From the IMG/VR virus record IMGVR_UViG_3300021475_000005: a stretch of 64,000 bases of DNA. The stretch is one strand, 5' to 3'. Positions 9,554 to 16,258 of this stretch are shown here, piece after piece. Position 1 is the stretch's first letter. Each line of letters begins with the position of its first letter. The notes below the pieces were generated by a model, which saw nothing but the letters and a program-made list of their open reading frames with translations, made no database searches and had not been told where the DNA came from. The translations under genes were made by a program, and so were the position numbers. Source of the stretch: a virus. Taxonomy: Duplodnaviria; Heunggongvirae; Uroviricota; Caudoviricetes.

Positions 9554-9582
9554 TGTGTACCTGATTCGATTTTGAATGTCAA
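9554..9582 (-). promoter_or_regulatory. sigma70-type promoter of tRNA operon 1
   Basis: TTGACA-17 nt-TACACA; the same -35/-10 pair precedes the TROVE gene. Confidence 0.7.
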
Positions 9583-9848
9583 GGATACCCAATATGGGGT
9601 GGTGAGTCAGTTTGACTGACTTGACATTCCCAAAACTTGTCGGGAGGGCTAGGAAAGGCCAGAGGCTTTTCATCTGGGCTGTAGCAATCCCAGAACAGCG
9701 CTACTCCTGCGCTCCGGCCTATCATAGCCCTCCCGACCTCGGCTTGCGCCGGACGCGGATGCCACGCGATCTGGGGAGGCTAGGGGATTCGACAGGTGCG
9801 GTCAAGGATCGCGACTTTCGCGTATCTCAGGTACGGGAAAGTCGTAAA

Positions 9849-9938
9849 TGGCGGAGAGTTGGCGAACCCGAGTCCCATACCCGTAAAGGTACACAAGGTT
9901 TAGCAAACCTGTCCCATCACCTGATGAGTTAACTCTCC
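9849..9938 (-). tRNA. tRNA-Ser(GCU), 8/4 fold
   Basis: 8-bp acceptor GGAGAGUU/AACUCUCC; 6-bp D stem; loop UUGCUAA; variable arm; GCCA. Confidence 0.8.
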
Positions 9939-9943
9939 TAATC

Positions 9944-10033
9944 TGGCGGAGCGCACTGAAGTTGCGTCAGAGGCCTTTGCAGGCTCGCGATGCTTTCCAA
10001 GCAGGCCGGGCGCGCTCGTCCCGTTTACGCTCC
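9944..10033 (-). tRNA. tRNA-Ser(GGA), 8/4 fold
   Basis: 8-bp acceptor; 4-bp T stem CUGA/UCAG; loop UUGGAAA. Confidence 0.8.
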
Positions 10034-10103
10034 AATTTTGCGCGAGATGCCACGACGCATCCCTTTCAACCATTCCGGCACGTTGGCCTGCGCTGGTCTT
10101 GAC

Positions 10104-10193
10104 TGGAGGAAGGCGGGTGCTGCTGCCGCCCAAGCCGGTTAGGGCTCCATCCGTTTTCAAAACGGAGTCTAACACTGGTTAGATTCACCTTCC
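10104..10193 (-). tRNA. tRNA-Ser(UGA), 8/4 fold
   Basis: 8-bp acceptor; D stem UCUAAC/GUUAGA; loop UUUGAAA. Confidence 0.8.
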
Positions 10194-10198
10194 GTAAT

Positions 10199-10289
10199 TG
10201 GCAGAGAGCGACGGGGATGCTCCGCAAACTTCTCTCGAAGTTCGATCCGCTTTCGAAACGGTCGCCGTACCTCGACGGCTTCACTCTCT
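10199..10289 (-). tRNA. tRNA-Ser(CGA), 8/4 fold
   Basis: 8-bp acceptor; T stem GCGG/CCGU; loop UUCGAAA. Confidence 0.8.
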
Positions 10290-10296
10290 GTAAAAA

Positions 10297-10372
10297 TGGT
10301 GGACCTTGCCGGACTTGAACCGACCACCCGCTGCTTGCAAAGCAGCCGCTCTCCCAGATGAGCTAAAGGCCC
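10297..10372 (-). tRNA. tRNA-Ala(UGC)
   Basis: G3:U70; loop UUUGCAA; CCA. Confidence 0.93.
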
Positions 10373-10378
10373 GTAGCT

Positions 10379-10450
10379 TGGTGGAGTAAATGGGAGTCGC
10401 GCCCATCGCAATCGGTTTGCAAGACCAATCTCCGCCCTCGCGGTTACCCC
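10379..10450 (-). tRNA. tRNA-Ala(UGC), compact D arm
   Basis: G3:U70; loop CUUGCAA; CCA. Confidence 0.8.
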
Positions 10451-10454
10451 GAAC

Positions 10455-10530
10455 TGGAACTGCGTGTCCGATTTGCACGGACCTCCTCCGCCTTCACAGG
10501 GCGGCGACTCGCTTGCTAGTCCTACGCAGC
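10455..10530 (-). tRNA. tRNA-His(GUG)
   Basis: Loop CUGUGAA; CCA. Confidence 0.85.
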
Positions 10531-10538
10531 ATTTAATT

Positions 10539-10622
10539 TGGTCGCTCTACCAGAACTTGCATCTGGAATCCCGAAGGACAACGTTCTCAACGTTGCGCGT
10601 CTACTAGTTTCGCCATAGAGCG
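10539..10622 (-). tRNA. tRNA-Leu(GAG)
   Basis: Loop UUGAGAA; variable arm; ACCA. Confidence 0.9.
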
Positions 10623-10631
10623 TTATTTTAG

Positions 10632-10714
10632 TGGTGCCTCAACCCAGACTCGAACTGGGACGCTTTCGCACTGGGATTTGAAGCCAGCGTGTCTACCATT
10701 TCCACCATGGAGGC
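10632..10714 (-). tRNA. tRNA-Leu(CAA)
   Basis: Loop UUCAAAU; variable arm; ACCA. Confidence 0.9.
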
Positions 10715-10726
10715 ATATTCGTTATT

Positions 10727-10809
10727 TGGTGCCCAACGTCGGGGTCGAACCGACACCTCAATGAGAACGGGATTTAAAGCCGTCGCGTCTGCCATTCCGC
10801 CAGATGGGC
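10727..10809 (-). tRNA. tRNA-Leu(UAA)
   Basis: Loop UUUAAAU; variable arm; ACCA. Confidence 0.9.
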
Positions 10810-10850
10810 ATTATAAACTTGTGATCGAGTAGTACGATTCACTTGTAAGT

Positions 10851-10934
10851 TGGTAGCCCTAGAGGGACTTGCACCCCCACGTCTTTCGACATTGGTTCCT
10901 AAGACCAACGCGGCTTCTATTACGCCATAGGGCC
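10851..10934 (-). tRNA. tRNA-Leu(UAG)
   Basis: Loop CUUAGGA; variable arm; ACCA. Confidence 0.9.
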
Positions 10935-10939
10935 AAACT

Positions 10940-11027
10940 TGGAGGACTCGGAGAGAATTGCACTCTCGGTGGCAGTTACGCTAGTGGATTAAGAATCCAC
11001 GCCCATCGCTTCTCGGGTCACGAGTCC
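10940..11027 (-). tRNA. tRNA-Lys(CUU) with long variable region
   Basis: Loop UUCUUAA; ~16-nt variable region; UCCA. Confidence 0.85.
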
Positions 11028-11045
11028 AAATTATTCAGTATACTG

Positions 11046-11130
11046 AGGATCGGGTGAGATTTGCACTCACGATGGCATTTCTGCGTGGGTTTAAAAGACC
11101 CGTGACTTCGACTACTCTGTCCACCGATCC
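11046..11130 (-). tRNA. tRNA-Lys(UUU) with long variable arm, CCA not encoded
   Basis: Loop CUUUUAA; arm GCA-GAAA-UGC. Confidence 0.8.
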
Positions 11131-11145
11131 ATCTCAGTATAAAAT

Positions 11146-11221
11146 TGGTTCCGCTTATCTGACTTGCACAGATCATCTCTCGTTTACGAGACGAGCGCAT
11201 CGCTACCAATGCTTAAGCGGA
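11146..11221 (-). tRNA. tRNA-Thr(CGU)
   Basis: Loop CUCGUAA; CCA. Confidence 0.88.
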
Positions 11222-11226
11222 TCAAC

Positions 11227-11301
11227 TGGTGCCTCTTGAACGACCTGCCCGTTCCTCTCACCCCTACCAAAGGTGCTCATCGCTTTCTATGATTAAAAGG
11301 C
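11227..11301 (-). tRNA. tRNA-Thr(GGU), divergent T loop
   Basis: Loop UUGGUAG; T arm GAACG-GGCAGGU-CGUUC; CCA. Confidence 0.75.
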
Positions 11302-11302
11302 G

Positions 11303-11378
11303 TGGTGCCGATAGACAGGATCGAACTGCCTCCCTGACTGATTACAAAACAGTTGCGCTCCACTAGCGCCATATCGGC
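11303..11378 (-). tRNA. tRNA-Thr(UGU)
   Basis: Loop UUUGUAA; CCA. Confidence 0.9.
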
Positions 11379-11467
11379 AAAAAACAATTGCATGATTCGG
11401 GTAGTCTCGCCTTCTTCGCGTCCCGATAGTTTCAGCCATCACCGGCTTACGGAGATCATGCACAAAA

Positions 11468-11555
11468 TGGTCAGAGTGGTGTGATTCGAACACACGATGC
11501 CTTTCGGCTCCTGCTCCCAAAGCAGGCGGAATGAGCCAGCCTATCCGACACTCTG
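11468..11555 (-). tRNA. tRNA-Pro(UGG) with long variable arm
   Basis: Loop UUUGGGA; arm GCC-GAAA-GGC; C1-G72; ACCA. Confidence 0.88.
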
Positions 11556-11602
11556 ATAATTCTAATATCATCATAGCGAATCTCCGCTTACGATGATTGA
11601 AT

Positions 11603-11678
11603 TGGTCTGCCTATCAGGATTTGAACCTGAATCACCAGCTTCCGAGGCCGGGGCTCTACCAAGTTAAGCTATAGACAG
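11603..11678 (-). tRNA. tRNA-Pro(CGG)
   Basis: Loop CUCGGAA; C1-G72; ACCA. Confidence 0.9.
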
Positions 11679-11767
11679 TCGTTCTTCGTCTCCTGTTGGA
11701 GCCGGACCTGTTTCTGGAGCGGGGATCAGAAGGTTTGGTCGCGACTCGTGTTAGCCGCGAGAGGGAC

Positions 11768-11881
11768 TTAGTCCCGTAAGCGGCTTGAGAGTGGTGCGGT
11801 CGCTGGCGTTGTCAGCACGAGCGAATGCAAACTGGCGGAGGCCAGTTTGGGGCTCGACTTGAGTGACAACGTTGCGAACAT
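11768..11881 (-). CDS. leader peptide 2, MFATLSLKSSPKLASASLHSLVLTTPATAPLSSRLRD (37 aa)
   Basis: AAAGG RBS; 30 of residues 3-33 are P/T/K/L/H/A/S, the amino acids of the downstream 18 tRNAs. Confidence 0.85.
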   Translation of the reverse strand: MFATLSLKSSPKLASASLHSLVLTTPATAPLSSRLRD

Positions 11882-11921
11882 TTTCAAACCTTTAAGTGGC
11901 GCGAGTCGCGCCGGAAGTCTT

Positions 11922-11950
11922 TGTGTCTCATATCCAGACTCGTATGTCAA
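11922..11950 (-). promoter_or_regulatory. promoter of tRNA operon 2
   Basis: TTGACA-17 nt-GACACA with GAGTC in the spacer. Confidence 0.65.
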
Positions 11951-12099
11951 CAAAGAAATTTCAAAATCCACTTTCCGGTTTCGCCGGGTTGCCGCGATTA
12001 ACAAAAGGACGCCCGCTTTTGCAGGCGTCGTGTCGCTTTCTTTATGGCAATGCATCCGAATTCCCGGATGAGCGGCTCATATGAGTAAAGGAGATCAAA

Positions 12100-12396
12100 A
12101 TGGACGATGATTGGGACAATGAAGAATGGGAACGCTGGATCGCGCTCACCGATGCGGAACAGGAGCAGGAACTCCGCGTGGCTGAGGCGGAATATATGGA
12201 ATGGTATAGATCGTTGACGCCAAAGCAGCGCTACCATTATGAAGTCCGAGGACTTCTTCGACTCATCGTCAAGGAACGAAAAGGCTTAAAGCTCTTTCCC
12301 GAAATGCGAGATTTGATGGTTCGAAGAGCCCAGAAATTACTTTGGGCGCATCGGCATCATCGTCAAACCGGCATCTATCCTTCGTTCGACGACTAG
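12100..12396 (+). CDS. hypothetical protein
   Basis: AAGGAG RBS; 98 aa. Confidence 0.7.
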   Translation: MDDDWDNEEWERWIALTDAEQEQELRVAEAEYMEWYRSLTPKQRYHYEVRGLLRLIVKERKGLKLFPEMRDLMVRRAQKLLWAHRHHRQTGIYPSFDD

Positions 12397-12713
12397 CGGC
12401 AAAATACAGCATCAGTCGTCACGCCGACCTCGCCATCAATTTCTTCCAGCGCCGTGTCCGGAATTTCCGGCATGGGAACTGTGCCTCGAAGTGCGTGATA
12501 ACTGTCAGCATGAAAAAACAACTGCCCATCCGTTATATTGTAATGGCAGTATCCACGTTTCAAGTGCTGACCGAATGACGGACTGTACGTTGGTTTATCA
12601 TCAGTGCCTGATCGTGCCCAGCGCCCTGTCGGGATAACATGCAGTTCTTCACAAGCTGGACACCAGTGATATAAATTGCCGCCAAACTCGGCGGTCCAAG
12701 GAGCAAGTTTCAT
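12393..12713 (-). CDS. small Cys/His metal-binding protein
   Basis: CPAC..H and PTYSPSF...CHY motifs common in phage/bacterial DUF proteins. Confidence 0.7.
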   Translation of the reverse strand: MKLAPWTAEFGGNLYHWCPACEELHVIPTGRWARSGTDDKPTYSPSFGQHLKRGYCHYNITDGQLFFHADSYHALRGTVPMPEIPDTALEEIDGEVGVTTDAVFCR

Positions 12714-12730
12714 TTTATTCCCACACAATG

Positions 12731-12756
12731 AAAAGGCCCGGATCGCTCCGGGCCTT
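12731..12756 (-). terminator. intrinsic terminator after the small basic protein cluster
   Basis: AAGGCCCGGA-GCGA-UCCGGGCCUUUU. Confidence 0.7.
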
Positions 12757-13045
12757 GTTCGGCTACTCGCCGCCAGCCTGCTTTCACAGACACAAAGATC
12801 GCCAGATTTTCATCTGTCGCAGGACGATCTTATTTACGCAGGTGCCAGTTTAGCCATCGCCTTACCAGCACGTTTCAATAATCCAGTCATTTGAGCGTTC
12901 GTATCTGGATTACGAGAAATTGTTCCATCCATGTGTCCCTGATGTAACTTCATCGCGGCTTGAAGGGCTGCTGTTCCAGCTTGATGTTCTTGCTGGAGAT
13001 CAGGCCCGATAGAAGCCTGAAGATCAGAGATACCTTGGTCCAATT

Positions 13046-13168
13046 TTATTTGCCCTTCTTCTTGGGCATCGGCATTGCCTTCTTTCCGCCAGCCGGTTTC
13101 TTGCCTGCACCTTTCTTCTTACCAAAGGGAGGTGCTGCACCGGGGAATGCAGGTTTCTTCGAGGCCAT
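13046..13168 (-). CDS. 40-aa Lys/Pro/Gly-rich basic peptide (not in ORF track)
   Basis: MASKKPAFPGAAPPFGKKKGAGKKPAGGKKAMPMPKKKGK; AAAGGA RBS; tiles between the 12834..13043 and 13199..13420 ORFs. Confidence 0.65.
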   Translation of the reverse strand: MASKKPAFPGAAPPFGKKKGAGKKPAGGKKAMPMPKKKGK

Positions 13169-13420
13169 TCGGGATTTCCTTTTGTTGGTTGAGGGTAGTT
13201 ACATGCCCGGCGTGTCTGCGTCCGGGTCCATGTCGGGATCGCACATCGCCTGATTGGGATGTGCATTATTATTCGGGTCCATCAATTCTCCGGTAGGCCA
13301 TGCGCCACGAGGCGCAGAAGTTGGCGGACCAGCCTGATTGTTGGTGATGACGCCAACAAGCGCCTTCGAATTCGGGTGCTTCGTCGAAGCAGCCTTATTC
13401 TTTCGCATATTGTACTTCAT

Positions 13421-13633
13421 TTATTTTGGAGCCTTTCCATCGCGCTTCTTGTGGAAGCCTTCCAGAGTTTCGGCGAGACGCGCTTCTTTGCCGATCTTAC
13501 CCGGTTCCGCAGCCGCCTTTTTGAGTTCGTCCTGCGGAATTTTCTGGCCTTGTGGAATTCCCAATGCACGATGCAGCGCGCCTTTGTCGCCGCCAATCGC
13601 TTTCTGGATAAAATGTTTTGCTTTCTTTGCCAT
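13421..13633 (-). CDS. small basic phage protein
   Basis: GAGG RBS; KGALHRALGIPQGQKIP...ARLAETL. Confidence 0.75.
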   Translation of the reverse strand: MAKKAKHFIQKAIGGDKGALHRALGIPQGQKIPQDELKKAAAEPGKIGKEARLAETLEGFHKKRDGKAPK

Positions 13634-13769
13634 GACGGCGCTACCTCAATAGGGACCTGAGAAGCGCGGATTGTCTCGCTTATGACACAACGAGTCAAGA
13701 ATTCCGACTCATTGCCGGAGTCAAGTTACAGAGATGAAATCTAATATATGAAATTTATAATATATGAGA

Positions 13770-13845
13770 TGGCGCACCTAACGAGATTCGAACTCGCAGC
13801 GACTTGATCGACAATCAAGCTTCATTCCCAGATGAACCTAGATGC
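13770..13845 (-). tRNA. tRNA-Asp(GUC), G37 variant
   Basis: Loop UUGUCGA; GCCA. Confidence 0.85.
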
Positions 13846-13866
13846 ATTATCTCACATATAATAAAT

Positions 13867-13943
13867 TGGTCATGCCAACGAGATTCGAACTCGTGCCACA
13901 AGGATTGAAAGTCCCGTATCCTAGACCGCTAGACCATGGCATG
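13867..13943 (-). tRNA. tRNA-Glu(UUC)
   Basis: Loop CUUUCAA; CCA. Confidence 0.92.
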
Positions 13944-13945
13944 AT

Positions 13946-14025
13946 TGGTCGGGTCAACGGGGAACGATCCCGCATAGCAAGCTTGAGAGGCAAGCTGTCC
14001 TAGTCCTGATTTAGACGATGACCCG
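13946..14025 (-). tRNA. tRNA-Glu(CUC), irregular anticodon stem
   Basis: Loop CUCUCAA; mismatches in the anticodon stem; CCA. Confidence 0.72.
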
Positions 14026-14067
14026 TAGAGAGGAGTTTCGGACGGGTCGAAGATTTACGTCGCGCGC

Positions 14068-14175
14068 TTAAGCGGCGACGCGCATATCTCGGCCCGTCGA
14101 ACGTTCAAGTTCGCGGGCAACGGTGCCGGAGAGGCACACGTGCATGAGTGCGCGGATGTGATTCGAGATAACCAT
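14068..14175 (-). CDS. candidate leader peptide 3 (35 aa) before the Glu/Glu/Asp tRNA operon
   Basis: ATG 5 nt after TTGACA-17-GATGAA; stop codon at the apex of a long hairpin. Confidence 0.45.
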   Translation of the reverse strand: MVISNHIRALMHVCLSGTVARELERSTGRDMRVAA

Positions 14176-14347
14176 GCGCTTTCATCTCATTTTCAGACGG
14201 CCTTGTCAAGAATGCCTCGATAATATAGACGCCATATAGGAAAGCGGCTGAAATCCGGCACTACCGGTCATAAAAAGCGACAGATGCCATATTGACAGCC
14301 CCATTCCACTCCATTACACCGCATCCCATAAAGAAGGGTCTCACTAC

Positions 14348-14524
14348 ATGGCGAAAAAACCGCCGAAGAAGAAAGAGTCCAGACTAGCTATGGCGTTGAT
14401 GCAGAAGGATCGGGCGCTGATCGATAAAGCCGCTGCCCTTCTCGGCCTTCCACCCTCTGTCTGGGGACGTGCAATCATTCTCAAAGAGGCGGCAAAAGTC
14501 GTCGAAGCGGCAGGCGCAAAATGA
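14348..14524 (+). CDS. small ribbon-helix-helix-like regulator (58 aa, not in ORF track)
   Basis: ESRLAMALMQKDRALIDKAAALLGLPPSVWGRAIILKEA pattern; stop overlaps the next ATG. Confidence 0.6.
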   Translation: MAKKPPKKKESRLAMALMQKDRALIDKAAALLGLPPSVWGRAIILKEAAKVVEAAGAK

Positions 14525-15207
14525 CCAAACACCCGAGCATGTTGGAAAAACTGGGACTCGTCGAAAGCGACGAGCCGGAACTGCCACATGATCTTCCTCA
14601 TGCGCCGCCACCCGCGCAGCCCTTGATGCAACCAAATACAATGGTGCCTCCTCCGGCTGCGGTCACTGGCGCACAACCTCCTCCGCAATTTACTTCAAGC
14701 GCTCCTTTATATACCGCGCCTGCGGTCCTGACCGAAGCCGACCAGAAGCAACTGCAAGCAATGACGACGCAAGTCTACGCGATGCCTTCTACATACGTTA
14801 TCTTCCAACGTGTGCGTGAGAGCTTGGGTAATATCTCGGATGTCAATATGATATTCAAGGTGTTGTCGGCGGCAAACCCGGGCGTCACAACCGATAAGGT
14901 TGTTGCAGATATCGAAACTCATCTTGGGATCGTCGGTACGCTGCGGGCTCGCTTCGATCAGCAGATGAAGGACGCACGTGCTGCAAAGATTGATGGTCCA
15001 ACGCAAGGGATTGCCGATCTCACTGCGGCGAATGCGGCTGCCGTTCAGCAGATCGCCGACCGCACAGCCAAGATCGCGCAGATGCAGACAGATATTGCGA
15101 ATGCCGACCGGGCTCTCCAAGATGCGGCGGTACATTTCAAACTGGTTGAAGATCAGTTGAACGCGCCTCTGCTCCAAACCAAACAGCTTCTCTCCACCGC
15201 TCACTAA
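14521..15207 (+). CDS. coiled-coil protein of the ABC/OmpA operon
   Basis: Pro-rich linker followed by a helical domain. Confidence 0.75.
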   Translation: MTKHPSMLEKLGLVESDEPELPHDLPHAPPPAQPLMQPNTMVPPPAAVTGAQPPPQFTSSAPLYTAPAVLTEADQKQLQAMTTQVYAMPSTYVIFQRVRESLGNISDVNMIFKVLSAANPGVTTDKVVADIETHLGIVGTLRARFDQQMKDARAAKIDGPTQGIADLTAANAAAVQQIADRTAKIAQMQTDIANADRALQDAAVHFKLVEDQLNAPLLQTKQLLSTAH

Positions 15208-15216
15208 GGAATTGAT

Positions 15217-16239
15217 ATGAGCAACGATCTGGTCTCGACGCCGTGGACTCCACCGGAGTCCAAAGTCATGCAGTCAATCGTCAAATGGGGAGGTTTGGCT
15301 GCGCTCGTAATTGGAGGTTTCATTGCCTTCAATACGTTTGCGCCAACGGTCGTGACTGCTGTCACGTTGCTCAATCTTATCTTGCAAGACGCCACGCACA
15401 TGATCATTTCCGGAGTCGGGTTGATCATCGTGGCTTGGCTGGCGAGAGAAACAATCAGCCCGGCTGGCAGTATCAATCGCCTTCTCCGGATGCCGTATTG
15501 GATCATGGTCAACGGTTTGACCAGATTCTTTTTGAACATCGATCCACTTTCGCCGATCACGGAACGGTTGCAAGCCGTCCGCGCCGATCAGGCGCAGTTT
15601 CAAAAGCAGTTCGAAACACTCGATGGCCTGATTTCAAGTCTGCACGATAAGGCGGCGAACTATCGCGATCAGAGTGCGAAAGCCCAACGGCTTGGAATCG
15701 CTGCAACCAAGCAGGGTCAAAAAGCTGCGGCTGAAGTCGCCATTTCAAATTTCGGTCGATTCAAAGATGCTGCTGATTCTTATGAGGCGACGGCACAACG
15801 GCTTGATCCAATCCGCAAGACTTTTCAGAACATTTCGCAGGCGTGCGATATCACGGCCCAGAAACTTGAAACTGAGCGCACTCTCCTTGCCGACAAATGG
15901 CAAGTACAGAAAGCAGTGGGTTCTGCTACGAAGGCCGCGAGTCGTATTCTCGGTCGTTCTAAGACGCAGGTCTGGGATATGGCACAACAGGCGGAGACGC
16001 TCATCGATACCAAATATTCCGAAGAGCTTGGGCATCTCGATCACCTGAAAAATTACGCGGAACCGTTCTTGCAATCGATTGACGTGGAAAATGCGTCATA
16101 CAGCGAAGAAATGTTCCAGCAAGTTCAGACAGGGGGAGCCAAACTACTCGAATCAACGGCTGCGACACCACTTCCTCTGGCCCCTCCCGTTGAGGCAAGT
16201 ACATCTTCGGATATGCTTGCCGGATTCATCCGTTCGTAG
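15217..16239 (+). CDS. 2-TM membrane protein with long PspA-like coiled coil
   Basis: Two N-terminal hydrophobic segments, then ~220 aa of heptads. Confidence 0.7.
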   Translation: MSNDLVSTPWTPPESKVMQSIVKWGGLAALVIGGFIAFNTFAPTVVTAVTLLNLILQDATHMIISGVGLIIVAWLARETISPAGSINRLLRMPYWIMVNGLTRFFLNIDPLSPITERLQAVRADQAQFQKQFETLDGLISSLHDKAANYRDQSAKAQRLGIAATKQGQKAAAEVAISNFGRFKDAADSYEATAQRLDPIRKTFQNISQACDITAQKLETERTLLADKWQVQKAVGSATKAASRILGRSKTQVWDMAQQAETLIDTKYSEELGHLDHLKNYAEPFLQSIDVENASYSEEMFQQVQTGGAKLLESTAATPLPLAPPVEASTSSDMLAGFIRS

Positions 16240-16258
16240 ATTTAATCAGGAGACGACA

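Noticed and set aside
9773-9796. Plus-strand GGGGAGGCTAGGGGATTCGAC resembles a tmRNA 5' end
   Set aside because: No matching T arm/CCA acceptor piece or tag ORF nearby, antisense to the operon, and explained by the local repeat of 9639-9653
10632-10809. Suppressor tRNAs (UCA/UUA) implying stop-codon recoding
   Set aside because: With the correct 7-nt loop register the anticodons are CAA and UAA on Leu-type bodies; ORFs use all three stops normally
8629-11574. ORF-track ORFs overlapping the tRNA clusters
   Set aside because: Shadow frames of tRNA genes. The 9458..9673 and 11768..12055 ORFs are credible only from their internal ATGs (9547, 11881) downstream of the promoters
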